The notes beneath the pieces are model-generated. The model did not search any database. It was not told where the DNA came from and saw only the letters and a program-made list of their open reading frames with translations. Below, one piece after another: positions 24,279 through 38,223 of a stretch of DNA of 64,000 bases. Each line of letters begins with the position of its first letter. Within the stretch, counting starts at the first letter, position 1. The stretch is from Pocillopora damicornis. Its lineage: Eukaryota. The position numbers and the translations under genes are program-made. The stretch is taken from assembly GCF_003704095.1 (NCBI RefSeq), contig NW_020847478.1, positions 434,001 through 498,000 on the forward strand, in the 5' to 3' direction.

Positions 24279-26786
24279 TCACGTGATAAACCGAGCGTTC
24301 TGCCGTTCTGCCGAAGTGACGCAACAACTACATTTACTCCGGCTTTACTTACCCTGCAGAAATGATTAATATGCAACTTCTCCTTTCCCCTGCATTATTC
24401 ATTCATTATTCAGAAAACAAGAATTTGAGAATTGACCAAATAATCACTTATAGGGTTTGTCTTGACGTAATGAATCCTCTTAATCCTCTTAATGTGCGAG
24501 GAACTTTTTAGATGCTATAAGAGAGAATTGAAAATCATGTCAGAAGATTTAAAGAAGTTAACATATTAAATTCTTGGCAAGCAAAAAAAAAAAAACAGTT
24601 GATTTACATTTCAAAGGAAATTTTCCAAAGAGAGATAATCATTAGTTCTAGCAGTTTGTACAATGATGTAAAACAATCTGAGATGAATTGTTATACTAAT
24701 GATACGTGAGCTTGTTGTCTGTAAAAGCCTCAGTTTTAAACGGGATTAATTTCCCAATTTTTCTCTGACGCCTATTTATGCTTGAAGGGGAGTCAGTAAA
24801 GAAGGGAAAATCAAATGAACTGTCCTCGAAACCCATCAAATCACACAATGAAAACGGAAGCTAAAGAAACTTTATATATCTGACATCCAGTAAAAGGATT
24901 TTGAGATTAAAGGTCATCATTATGAGCTTTATTTTTTCGTCGTTCGCTTGAATCAAGTCGAGATCGACCGCAGCAAATTAATCACCTCTATCTGCGTTTC
25001 AAGAAACTGACGTCAAGCAGCCTCGATATGGGTTACTTGCCTGTGGTAAAACACTTGTAGTCAGATACATTAAAACAAGTTGACTTTCTACTTATTGGAC
25101 CGTAGGTTTTAATGTTCAATGTGAAGAAAATCGCTCCCCGCAGCTCACGTGAAAATACTGTGTCCAGCAAAAAAAAACACAAGAGAAAAACGCAGTTACA
25201 GAGCTATTGCTGTGCGGTATTAAAACTGGTTTTTTTCCCCACCAACGCTATTGCTCTCCGACGTCATAAATTCGTTTGTTCTTGACTCGATTAATTCTGT
25301 ATCTCATAAATATTTCAAAATTGAGTTAATTGATCGCCGCCTGTCCTCGGTGTGTTATTCTGCGTGGATTTTTGAAAACTCGTCTGAAGATTACTACGGA
25401 AAATAATAAAACAGAAAAAGAGAACACAAAACAATGCTTTCCACATTTGACCTTCTTCAACATAAATTGAAGTATTAATATCTCTCCATAATTTTCCCAC
25501 TCAACCCTTTCACTCTCGGAGGTGATTAACATGTTAATTTTCCCTATAATATCCACGAACCATCCATCAAATAGGTAATAATAATACGAAAACTTATGAA
25601 GTAGAAGTTGCTTTATTGATCTAACACTAAGTTCCCTTCACAAGGAAATGTGTAGCACCTCGAGGGGAGGATTAAAAACCAGATCTTAAGAGTTAAAGGG
25701 TTAAAACTGAACTTAATGCACTCACTGCATATCAGCTTTCATCAGGACATTATCACGAGTGCGAGAGATTAACAAGTGTTTGTTTTCATGACTTACGAAC
25801 CTCCTATGTTCCTGATTTTTATCTCTTACCACGAAGAGTCAGTGATAGCAACGAAAAGAAACCAAAGGCGTTTTATGAAACGTCTCTCAGAAGGTGGAGA
25901 TTATTTCGCTTTCCCCAACCCCTCCCCTACCGTCAATTCTAACTCCAAATCAAACATGGCCGGTTTAATCTCCCTGTCTGTACACACACGCGATGCAACA
26001 TGCGTGATCTAATCAATAGTCAATCGCGTTTTGAGACCTTGACTTTGACATTGGGTTTGACATGAACACTTTGGCGGACACTCAAGTTTTTTTTACCGAA
26101 TTCAATATGACAAATCAGTGTTGCCTGTTTTCCTTAGGCTTTTCAAAATATTTATTTACAGCAAAATATTTTATTTCATTTGATACGTTCATTAAATTTT
26201 AAGTTACGGACCTTGGATTTTAACCTCTTTATCGGAAAAGGATTTTTTATAGAATACTTTCTTGTCCTTACCGTGCCTAGGCAGGCATGATCTGAGACCT
26301 CTTGTTTATGGCGTGATGATAGTTGTTTTGAATAATGTCATTGAAATGTCGGGCGTCAATATGGTGGATGCAGTTAAGCGTTTACCCGATTTATTCTCGG
26401 TTAATCAGGAAAGTTGGCGTTGGAAACTTCACTCGTGGCACTGTCAACTGTCTCCAAATGACAGCTTTAAAGATAGTTCAAAAATAGCATTCTGTTATGA
26501 TATCATTTTACCAATACAATCCGCTAAGGAAGTCACTGTTTTCCCGGAGGATAAGAAAAATAAATAAGTGATCTAAAAATAAACTCTTCAACAAGAACGC
26601 TGTATCATCAATCTATAGAAGTTGCCTATTTCGGGGACTACTTGGGGACTATTCAGCCTTGCGGTAGATCAGGGGTAAAAATTGTAGGCGTGGCAATGGC
26701 GTGGCAAGAATGACAAATGCTCAGCGGTCCTGCCCAAAAATAGCTCTTTCCAGTGTAACCTGGCCTTCTGAACGAGTCTTTTGATA

Positions 26787-27621
26787 ATGGCGGCCTCAGA
26801 CGGTGATATTTCTGACGCCGAATTGCGCCGCCAACTTAAGGCTTTAGGTGAAGAACCAGGGCCTATTACACCCTCTACCAAGGGCTTGCTACTTCGTAAA
26901 TTAAAAAGGTTACAGAATACACGAGGAAGCAACGCTACGCCTCCGAAAAAGTCCTCTCCCAAACGATCGACTATCGCCCGCAGGTCGATACCCGCAACGA
27001 GAAATCAAAGTCCGTCGCGTAAGTTGATCGGCTTTTCTAGTGACGAGGAAGACGCAGGACCAATTCATTCAAGTAGTTTAGTTGATGATAGCAGGGCTAG
27101 GCGTGGAGAAGAAACGTCGTTTAGTAACGTTTCCCAGAGACGCAGCCGGTCGAGGTCGATTACTCCATCAAGGAGGAACAATTTGAGGTCGCGCGTAACG
27201 ACCGTCATCGATCAGAGTAGCATTGCTGTGAACACGTTAGATTCCACGGATGGTATTGATGGAGAATTTTCAGATTCCGATGCGCAAAGCTATCAAAGAC
27301 CAGGAGGTCGAGTTGTTGGTTCAACTGACTATTCTCGTCCACCCGTCTCGACAAAACGCGGAAGATCTCAAGACGAAAGTGAAGGATTAGAAACTACGCT
27401 TTCATCCACCAATGGCAGCAACAAACATTTCTCTTCTACCGAATCTAAACTAAGCTCTTCACTTCAAGAGAGACATACTGGAGCCAAACGTGCGAAGAAT
27501 AGCTCCTCTTGGTCATCAATTGCTAAGATCTTACTCCTAATAAGTGCTATTTGCATTCCTCTTTTGTTGTATGCGACCTTCAAGGGCCACTCAAGCGAAC
27601 AAATGATCCTTGCAGACTTAG
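26787..27621 (+). CDS. LEMD3: MAN1/LEMD3 exon 1 (LEM domain, Ser/Arg-rich region, TM1), copy A
   Basis: MAASDGDISDAELRRQLKALGEEPGPITPSTKGLLLRKL is a LEM motif; TM segment IAKILLLISAICIPLLLYATF; donor GTGAG at 27622. Confidence 0.9.
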
Positions 27622-29398
27622 GTGAGAATATCGTCGTAATATCGCCTTTTCGGTTTTGTTTTATCATCTAATCAACCAATCGTATCTTGTGCATTCAAGT
27701 ATTTTAGTAAGTTATCTACCACTCGTTAGAGATAAATGTATTTCATTTCGAAGTGTACACACTTCTTAATCGTTGAAAAAACGATGCTCTAATTTTAGAC
27801 CTTTTGCTGTAATTGTGGTATTTATTTATGAATTAGTTTAGTCACTGACTTATGTGATAAGACTTGCTGTCTTCATTTCTCTTCCGTAGTGAAACTCACA
27901 GTTTGCCAAGGGAATAATTCACTGGATAAATATGGGAATAAACCCAAGGTAACAACGATTATGTGATATACAAAATGATAATTGCTCGTGAGTTTGATCT
28001 GTTATCGACTTGTTAATTAATATAGCATAATATATTTGTCACTGCAGCTATTTTTACCCCAATGTTACCTACATTTGAATGTTGACAACATAATTTCTCA
28101 GTGGAATTCAAACTTAATTGAAGTGTTCAACTTCACACTTAGTTATTAATAGTCTCCATTATTTTAGGTAGGTCCCCAAGGGTGCACATAATTAAATGAT
28201 TATTTTGTTTGTGAAGTTTTAATGACTGGTGTTATGTGTTAAATATCTTGTCAGGGTTTTGAGGTAAAAGGAAAAAAATCACTATTTCGAACAGACTCTG
28301 CGCACAGTGTTTGTGATAAATGACAACATCTCTTTTTGGTTGATGAAAAAGCTCAAATTTACCTTCCTTTTTAACCTTTTAACTCTGAAGATCTGATTAA
28401 TGTTTCTCTCAGCTAGCTGCTACATATTTCCTTATAAATTAGTGATGAGAATTTGGTGTAAGGTGAAGAAAACAACTATCACTTGATAAATTTGAATGTT
28501 CTCATAACCTGTTTACTGGATAGTGTAATGAATGTTGTAGAGAGAAGTTCCATGTTAATCACTTTTGAGAGTTGAAGGTAAACCTGGTTATACTCTTAGT
28601 TTATGTTTTTAATTTTCATTATTCACTCCTATTTCATGTAATTGCTTTATAGCATCCTGATTGTATAACATTAACCAATATCAGCAAGGGATATGTAGAC
28701 TTTCTGTACAAAAGACTTATTATCAGAGCAGGTGAGAGGACTAAAGATATTTTAGAGATGAGTGATAGGGTATGCTGTACTTGCTGCTAGCAAGCTGGGC
28801 TCTGTGTTAAAAGTTTTAGCACTCAAGTTGTCCCAAGTGACTGTGTTTTGTTTTCAGGTTATTACTTAAGGCTCTTTGTTCTATTTTCAACCACGAGTAT
28901 GGATGGGTTCCAAAATCTTGGAAGGGAAACTACAGGAATTTCAGGGGATCGCCTATATCAGAGAGGATTAACGTTTTGGGCTCAGTTTTGCAAAGGGTGG
29001 ATAATGCTATCTAACACATAAATCCCTATCCAGCGGAGACATGTTAAAAAAAGGTTCTGGGGTATCCACTAGATAGAGTTTCAGGCAGTAAATAGCATTA
29101 TCCACCCTTGGAATAACCATGGCAAGGAGAGTATAGTACAGTATTCNNNNNNNNNNNNNNNNNNNNNNNNNNNNNNNNNNNNNNNNNNNNNNNNNNNNNN
29201 NNNNNNNNNNNNNNNNNNNNNNNNNNNNNNNNNNNNNNNNNNNNNNAACTGTTCTTTCAACTGTGGTAGAGGAAATTCCTTGAATAATGTGAAAAATTTT
29301 GATTATCAACACATCTATTTATTGCCTCACATAAAAAATATTAACTACCAGTCTAATGACTTGGCAAAAATATCTTGTAAAAATTGATATTTACTTAC

Positions 29399-31842
29399 AT
29401 TATCCTGTTTTATTTGTTTTTGTAACTCTCCCAAAGAGATATTTCTACTCTTCACCCTTGGATCTCCACATTCAAATAAACCTAAAAGGAAAAATAAAAT
29501 ACTATTTAAAACTTTCCTACAATTGACTTTCCTGAAATAAAATCAACAGTTTTTCTAGTTACATGGAAGGCTTTACTGGAGTGTACTCCCTGGAGCACCA
29601 GAATACTGGAATATACTCCCTGGAGCACTGGAATACTGTACTATACTCTCCTTGCCATGGTTATTCCAAGGGTGGATAATGCTACTTACTGCCTGAAATT
29701 CTATCTAGTGGATACCCCAGAACCTTTTTTTTAACATGTCTCCACTGGATAAGGAATTATGTGTTAGATAGCATATAGCATATAAAATTTTATTCTTCTC
29801 TGATATAGGCAATCTCCAGAACTTCCTTTAAGTTTCCCTTCCAAGATTTTGGAACCCATTCGTACTCTTGGGTAAAAAGAGAACCTAGAGCCTTAAGTAA
29901 TTAACCTAAAAACAAAACATAGTCACCCTGAGCACAACTTGAGCCTTAAAACCTCTAACACAGAGCCCAGCTTGCTAGCAGCAACTACAGCTTACCTATC
30001 ACTCATCTCTAAAATATCTTTAGTTCTCTCACCTGCTTTGATAATAAGTCTTTTGTACAGAAAGTCTACATATCCCTTTCTGATATTGGCTAATGTTATA
30101 CAATCAGGATGCTATAAAGCAATTACATGAAATAGGAGTGAATAATGAAAATTAAAAACATAAACTAAGAGTATAACCAGCTTTACCTTTAACTCTCAAA
30201 AGTGATTAACATGGAACTTCTCTCCACAACATTCATTACACTATCCAGTAAACAGGTTACAAGAACATTCAAATTTATCAAGTGATAGTTGTTTTCTTCA
30301 CCTTACACCAAATTCTCATCACTAATTTATAAGGAAATATGTAGCGGCTAGCTGAGAGAAACATTAATCAGATCTTCAGAGTTAAAAGGTTAAAAAGGAA
30401 GGTAATTATGAGCTTTTTCATCAACCAAAAAGAGATGTTGTCATTTATCACAAACACTGGACACAGAGTCTGTTTGAAATAATGATTTTTTTTCTTTTAC
30501 CTCAAAAGCCAGACAAGATATTTAACACATCACACCAGTCATTAAAACTTCACAAACAAAATAATCATTTAATTATGTGCACCCTTGGGGACCTACCTAA
30601 AATAATGGAGACTATTAATTAATAACTAAATGTGCAGTTGAACACTTCAATTAAGTTTGAATTCCACTGAGAAATTATGTTGTCAACATTCAAATGTAGG
30701 TAACATTGAGGTAAAAATAGCTGCAGTGACAAATACATTATGCTTTATTGATTAACAAGTCAATAAGAGGTCAAACTCACGAGCAATTATCATTTTGTAT
30801 ATCATATAATCATTGTTACCTTGGGTTTATTCCCAAATTCATCCAGTGGATTTTTCCCTTGGCAAACTGTGAGTTTTACAAAGGAAAAGAAATGAAGTCA
30901 GGAAGTCTTATCACAAAAAACAGTGACTAAACTAATTAATAAATAAAAACCACAATAGAGCAAAAGGTCTAAAATTGGAGCATCATTTTTTCAACGATTA
31001 AGAAGTGTGTACACTTCGAAATGAAATACATTTATCTCTAACGAGTGGTAGATAACTAGCTAAAATACTTGAATGCACAAGATACGATTGGCTGATCAGA
31101 TGATAAAACAAAACCGAAAAGGCGATATTACGACGATATTCTCACCTAAGTCTGCAAAGATCATTTGTTCGCTTGAGTGGCCCTTGAAGGTCGCATACAA
31201 CAAAAGAGGAATACAAATAGCACTTAATGCGAGTAAGATCTTAGCAATTGATGACCAAGAGGAGCTATTCTTCGCATGTTTGGCTCCAGTATGTCTCTCT
31301 TGAAGTGAAGAGCTTAGTTTAGATTCGGCAGTAGAGAAATGTTTGTTGCTGCCATTAGTGGATGAAAGCGTAGTTTCTAATCCTTCACTTTCGTCTTGAG
31401 ATCTTCCGCGTTTTGTCGAGACGGGTGGACGGGAATAGTCAATTGAACCAAAAACTCGACCTCCTGGTCTTTGATAGCTTTGCGCATCGGAATCTGAAAA
31501 TTCTCCATCAATACCATCCGTGGAATCTAACGTGTTCACAGCAATGCTACCCTGATCGATGACGGTCGTTACGCGCGACTTCAAATTGTTCCTCCTTGAT
31601 GGAGTAATCGACCTCGACCGGCTGCGTCTCTGGGAAACGTTACTAAACGACGTTTCTTCTCCACGCCTAGCCCAGCTATCATCAACTAAACTACTTGAAT
31701 GAATTGGTCCTGCGTCTTCCTCGTCACTAGAAAAGCCGATCAACTTACGCGATGGACTTTGATTTCTCGTTGTGGGTATCGACCGGCGGGCGATAGTCGA
31801 TCGTTTGGGAGAGGACTTTTTCGGAGGCGTCGCGTTGCTTCC
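29399..31842 (-). CDS. LEMD3: MAN1/LEMD3 exon 1 (5' part lost in gap) plus a downstream exon, copy B
   Basis: Reverse-complement copy of 26925-29146 with an open frame and about a dozen amino-acid changes; exon 29481-29399 encodes GLFECGDPRVKSRNISLGELQKQIKQDN. Confidence 0.85.
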
Positions 31843-32479
31843 NNNNNNNNNNNNNNNNNNNNNNNNNNNNNNNNNNNNNNNNNNNNNNNNNNNNNNNNNN
31901 NNNNNNNNNNNNNNNNNNNNNNNNNNNNNNNNNNNNNNNNNNTCATTTGTTATTTCCTTGGTTTATAGAGTATGCTGATTACTAGAAACAAAATTCAATG
32001 TAGTCATAAATCATTTGAACCTGAAATTCAATTTAAAGAAAAGTATTTACATCAAAAGGCTTTTGAAAGAGATATCAAATAAAGTTTGCCGTAAATTCTT
32101 GTAACTGTTACTGAACACTGGCATCTAATTTTTGAAGTCATTGCTGCAGCATGTCACTTTTACAAGGCTGGATTTCATAGTTCCCAAGAATTATATATTC
32201 TAATATTTTTAAATGTTCAATTGTGCTCCCGAAAGTGCTTGTTTATTGCTGTAATCAACTTAAGAACACTACTTAAGTGGTAGCAAAAAAAGCTGGAAAA
32301 AATTCATGCATTTACAGGTAGCTTTTTCTTTTCAGACTGTATTTTCACTACTGTCTAAAATAAGTATTGTTCTTAATGGCAATGATCACTCTTATCTTCT
32401 TTTATTAATCTGCAGGTCAAATATATATCATTCATGTATTCATGGTCATTAAGTATAATGTATTGTATGATTTCATTAG

Positions 32480-34094
32480 GTTGTTTAACAATATAAGTGA
32501 GAGAGCACCTGATGTCAAAAGTGTGGCCTGGATCGATACGTCAGTCTCTGCAAAACCTATATTTTGTCGCATCAAAAAAGCAGTATCGCGCTTGGCATAT
32601 CTTTCTTTCTTGATCAGTGTTGGTAAGTAAGTTTAAACTCACAGTAAAAGTTGGTAGATCCAGACATTTCAAATGCCACAGAGAGTATTTTCTTCTGAGA
32701 CCAATTTCTTGGGTCAGGTCTTAAAGTGTTATTACTATATTTTATGTTGATATTTGTTAAGATGGCAGTTGCTTTCAAATTTGATTAATACTCTGCTCAG
32801 TGAGTTAAAGAAAAGCTAATGGTAAGCCAAGAAGATGCAATGGCGTCTAGCATTAGATAAAGGAGCTTTGACAGTTTTCCTTTGGCCCCTATAGCATGGA
32901 TGTCTAGTTTACGCCACAAGTGATGGCCAGACACCCAATGCAGATGTTGAGTTTCTTTCTTTTTATGGTAAACAATCTTACAGGGTTATTGGCTCAATGA
33001 AATATGTTTGTGCCTTTTTAAGAGCAAGCATAATGACTTCAGACATTTCATTGCCATTCTCATGGAAATGGCCACATTAAACTAACTTTCATGCTGAGTT
33101 TTTCTTGTTAAAAGTCACCCTGTGCTTTGTTTTTGTCTCTAGCCATTGGAGGGTTGATGATTGCATATTTTATTGTGCAAGAAAGATGGAGAAGAGAGGA
33201 AGAAGAGACCAGACTGATGTACCAGTTTGTGGAAAAAATCATTGGTGGGTGCAAGGTTTTTAGTGTTAAGTTTTTATTTTCTGATAATTTAGGCTTTGAG
33301 GCTTTTTTATACACTTTCATTTCCCTGAAAGACAGTATTTTTGTAGTTTAAGGGATTTAGTTTCTTGAGTTGTTATTTTTCTTTGAAATATGGCACATGC
33401 TTACTAGCATGCCAGTTTGATGTTTAAAACATTTTAATGTATCTCCACAATGCTGGTAAAAGTGTTTGTGTTTCGAGTTTTGGGTAGTGTCTCAAAAATT
33501 CCACGAATACCTTTGTCATGTTCATGAAAATGGAGCTCAACTTAAAGGCATAGGAAAATAAATGTATTTAATTATATAGCTGGCAGTGCTCATGGGCAAT
33601 ATGAAATGAATACTGGGTTCTGATTGGCTACCTGAGCAAGCTAGACGGGCCCATCTGGCTCACTTACAATTGTCTACATTGATTCCACACAAAGAAAAAA
33701 AAATTGTGGAGCAGACCTAGAAAGTTCATAACTTTTGGACAATGTCTGAGATGGAGCAAAAGGGACTGAAGATGGGCAAAACAAATGAAGCATAGAGGAC
33801 TCTCGCAAATTTGGAGAGCTACAAATGCAGAAAAGAACTTGGCCAATATTCAGTCATCTCTACATCATGCTTGGTCAATAATGCTTATTTACAAGATTAA
33901 ATGAAACCACTTCTCACAGGTTTTTCCCCCAGATTTGCTGCATTCACATATAATTGTCTCTTGTTCAGCAAAGTTGAATCTTTCCTTTAACTGTTCACAA
34001 ATGAGCTCAATTTTTCCATTTTAAGACATTTTACGGGAGCACCACGAGGCAAGCAAAACTGAGAAGAATTTGCTGCCATATCTTCCAATTCCTC
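32480..34094 (+). CDS. LEMD3: MAN1/LEMD3 middle exons (lumenal end, TM2, start of MSC/winged-helix domain)
   Basis: Exons 32480-32622 (KPIFCRIKKAV), 33143-33244 (RWRREEEETRLMYQFVEKII) and 34026->34094 (ILREHHEASKTEKNLLPYLPIP) match MAN1 MSC-domain motifs. Confidence 0.88.
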
Positions 34095-34193
34095 NNNNNN
34101 NNNNNNNNNNNNNNNNNNNNNNNNNNNNNNNNNNNNNNNNNNNNNNNNNNNNNNNNNNNNNNNNNNNNNNNNNNNNNNNNNNNNNNNNNNNNN

Positions 34194-34732
34194 NTTTTGG
34201 CTTCGGTTCTACAAACGCCATAACCGGGGTGAAAAACAAAGTCGTTGCGATCCAAGGTAGAGGATAATGGAATTGCGGAGGAAAAAAGCCAGAAAACGGC
34301 AAGGACAAAACAGATGTGCCTTTGTTTGAAGAATGTCCAATATCGACTTAGGCGTGAACTGGCCATATATCTGTCAAAAGCGGTCAGAGTCATGGTAAGG
34401 ACAGTGAAAATGCCTAGTACCGAGATAGCATAGCCTTGAAACTGGCAAGCGGACTCGGAAGAGACCCATTCGCCTTTGATAAGAGCGCCGAGTGTGAATG
34501 GCATAACGAGAAGCGATGTCACCAAATCGATAATTGCATACGATAAAATATATATGTGAATGGTGTACCGCAATCTTACATTTCTGTAGATCGCTGAGCA
34601 CACAATTAAACCGGATAGAAATCCCGCTATAATCAAGCAGCCGGTGATTGAACTCTCCGTTACTACAGTCTCTGTGCATCTGTTGCGTAGTGCCGTGTGA
34701 AGATCGCTGGAAGCTTCTTGATGTGCACACAT
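34194..34732 (-). CDS. Rhodopsin-class (class A) GPCR, TM1-TM4, cut off by a gap
   Basis: From ATG 34732: YILSYAIIDL (TM2), W..SESACQFQG (ECL1/TM3 Cys), TAFDRY (DRY motif), W in TM4; intronless as far as visible. Confidence 0.88.
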
Positions 34733-36286
34733 GTTAAAGATGTCCGACTCTTTTTCAATTTGAGTAAAAAGCTGAAATAGCAACAAAGAAGGCGATTCCC
34801 ACGTCGAAAAGCGAAGACACGCGTTTTCTTTTAAATCCTTATGACTTTTGGCGCTGTTTAATTCGGTGTTTGACGACTTGAAAGTTTTCAGTCGATCGAA
34901 AGTTTCCAACTTTGAGTGCGTATGACTCAACAGCTGTGTCGTAAAATACGACACCGCATAACTATATCCACTACCAATGCGTTTTATCCAAAAACAAGAT
35001 TTTCACTCTTAGCTCAGGATTTTACAGGCTTTCAGGCTTGATTCTTTCTGCATAGTTTCGATAGATATCAATAATTTGATCGTGTTTATCACGAATATGA
35101 GTAAACGAATAATTTATTAGTTTGACGCACAAAGATGACTTTCACCTGCTCAAAAGTAATCTACACTAAGTTGTTTTAAAAAGTTGACCAATAGTCAACA
35201 ATTATGTTTAAGTTGCAGTTTGAATCTCTGCCGTTATGATAATTAAGCATGTTAGACTATTCCTGAAATAAACTCAGTGCTTAGCAACCTTTGTTCTGTC
35301 TAAAAGAAGAGGAAACAAAATATTGTCGTTATCGCTGGAACCCTGCCAAGTTGCCTTGTGAATTTTATTTCGCAATATCCTTTTCGAGAATGAAAATCCT
35401 TTGTAGCATCATGCAAAAAAATCCAACTCAGTGGAAGAACAACTGTCTGTAGGATCCAAACTTCTCACGTGATCGCACAATTAAAATGACGACACTTAAT
35501 GCAACGAGAAATCAGCACTTATAATTTCAATATGGTGTTGGAGGTTCGAGGCGTCGTGTAAGTATACTGCGCAAGCGCGAGACACATGATATTCTTACAG
35601 ACGTACCGTCTGTCTCGGTAAAAATCGTGGAATCGCTTCATATGTGATCATTGAATTATTGTCACAACGATCAAATATCGTTTCAGTTCTAATTGAAAAG
35701 GGTAATAAGACAAGAGACAATTTTCCTCCTGATATGTTTTAGAGAACCGAGAGGCAAAAAAACCGTAACCTCCTAAAGAATGAAACGCACCTCAGGGCGA
35801 AGAAATATTTACTCATTACTCTTCGGGTTATTTCGGGCACAGTTCGAGATTCTAAAAGAAAAATCTTTCAGCCAAGGGCCTTATGCAGAAGGGTTGTATA
35901 GAGCCAAGAAAAAAAGATAAGCTATTAATAAAATGCGAATGTTTCAAAATATGAGAAAAATGTTGTAAACATTTCAAAACATAAAAATGATTCAAATTCT
36001 TGTTTCATTAGACATATGAGACAAATTGAAGCAATTCAATTAGTGCTGTGGGGAAAAAAAGTTCGAAAATCGTAGGAGCCTGATTTTGTTCAGGGTTTGT
36101 TATCTGTTTCTTTATTTGAACTTAAGCTGTTTGCATAATTTCCTTATTTGTAACATCCACTGGTCAAAATAACATTTATTTTTATCTAATTATGAAAAAA
36201 AATGAAGCTGCTAAGTCTCTCTCAAGTTAGTATCTGAAATCCGTCTTCCGAACTAAAGTGCATCTCATTATGGATATCATGAATAG

Positions 36287-36700
36287 AGATTCGGCTTATT
36301 TATATACGAAGAGATCTAGCCGTAAGTTATAAAAGATGATCCTTAGGAGAGGTGAGCTTTTCATCGGAATTACTCCTAATTTCCTGTTCTTTTTTCACCC
36401 GCAGAAAACTGGTAGCTTCTATTCGGGTCACCTGTTCACATGTGGAGAAGCTAGTGCTCTGCGAAAACGCTTTTGCTATTATCATTTCATGCTTAGATTC
36501 GGCTTATTCATATACAAAGAGATCCAGCCGTGAGTTGTAAAAGATGATCCTTTGGAGAGTTGAGCTTTTCATGCTAATCACTCCTTATTTCGTGTTCTTT
36601 TTTCACCCGCAGAAAACTGGTAGCTTCTTGTAGGGTCACCTGTTTACATGTGGAGCAGCTGGTGCTCTGCAAAAAAACTTTTGTTATTATTCTTTCTTGC
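36287..36700. repeat. Two-copy tandem repeat, ~208-bp unit
   Basis: AGATTCGGCTTATT..AAAAGATGATCC..CACCCGCAGAAAACTGGTAGCTTC starts near 36287 and again near 36495. Confidence 0.85.
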
Positions 36701-37560
36701 AAATAAATGATTCAGGATAATTTTTAAAATTTTAAGAGGAATATTGTTTTGTAAGGTTTTAAAAAAGTGGTGGCGTCACCATGAGTTTTGTGAGTGTAAG
36801 GATATCGTGCACCAGGGAATAATCAATTTAGCTGATAAACTCCTGAAACTTATTCAAGGAGAATTCTTCTATGACAAGTTGTGATATACAGGATGTTATT
36901 GTAAAATAACATAGAACTAAATAAGTAAAGATATGAGAGTTAGCGAGTGCGAAAAATCTTTCATAAAGTGAATTGAAAATTGTACTGGAATTCTGATCTC
37001 AATTCTCTTTATTTGCTATCATCTCGTCTAGTATCCATTACAAAATGCAGAGGGCTTCCGCCATGATTGCTTATTGAAAGATTAAAAACACTAAATAGGA
37101 AGATCTTCTCTGATACATAACAGCACTGCATGGCACTGTTTATGCATGTGTTTTGATGTCTATACCTCTTAAGATCTGATTGTTAGATCTCCTCTCCAAC
37201 TTCCCTAAATTTCTTTTTTGTAAGCTAGGAGAATTTGTTTTATTATCGAAATTACTATATCAAGCTTATAATTCGCCTGACCTGTTCTCCAGATGAGGTC
37301 TTGAAACTGTGACGAGAAGTTGCATTGTAATCACTTTAGAGAAAAAAGGCTCAACAGCTTAATAGCAGCTTTAAAATAAGAACTGACACTGCAAGAATTG
37401 ACCAATGAGATTGCGCTCCTAATTACCCGCGCACGTGGTCTGCCGACTATCCTACCGTGCAGTGCAGCTTTTTGTTTTCTTTGTTATAATATCATATTGT
37501 TTTTTTTTACGCTTAAAAGAAAAGAGGCTTTTCACGATCAGTTAAAACAGCAGCATTAAA

Positions 37561-38223
37561 ATGTCATCGACAGATGAACTCCGCGAGGTTCAAGTTGAAA
37601 TTCGCGGGACCGAACACACAGCACAGCGTGGACATCAGATGAACATTGAAGACAGAGATCCGGCAGCCATGAACGACCACGTGAAGGTAAGACGCGACTT
37701 GCCAGTGGCGATCCAACCAATTATTCGTTCTCTCCAAAGAAGGGCTAACGCTCGAAACTTCAGCTTTGAAACTCTTAACGGTGGCCGATTTAAGTTATCA
37801 ACTTAGTTGATAGTACTAAATTACCCGACCAATTATTAACCGAACCTTCTAATATCTGCATTCTCGTCTCTCTTTTCCATTTAGGTATTCTTCCAAGATG
37901 TTTTCGCGGAACCCGGAGGCTCCCACAGCATCGATGGAGTTTGGCGCACGAGCTTCAAAGCGTTTGTCAACACCAAATACTGGTGCTATCGAATCATTAC
38001 AGCCATCCTTGGTGTTCCAACTGCGGTACTTTGTGGTATATACTTCGCCTGCCTCAGTTTTGACTACATATGGTGCATAATGCCTTGTCTGAGAGCGTAC
38101 ATTATTGAGTTACAATGTCTGGGCAAGATCTTTGGGCTTTGTGTCAGGACATTTTTCGATCCGTTCTTCGAATCGGTTGGGAAAGTATTCGGGGGAATCA
38201 AGGTTTCAACTCAAAAAGGATAA
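37561..38223 (+). CDS. Caveolin (154 aa, two exons)
   Basis: Exon 37561-37686 (..DRDPAAMNDHVK) and exon 37885-38223 (VFFQDVFAEPGGSHSIDGVWRTSFKAFVNTKYWCYR..): caveolin signature and scaffolding domain. Confidence 0.95.

Noticed and set aside
34031-34954. 307-aa ORF read as one GPCR
   Set aside because: It runs through an N gap into antisense MAN1 sequence, and the likely start is the ATG at 34732.
36287-36700. CRISPR-like or coding repeat
   Set aside because: Simple two-unit tandem duplication with no spacers and no credible ORF; eukaryotic context.
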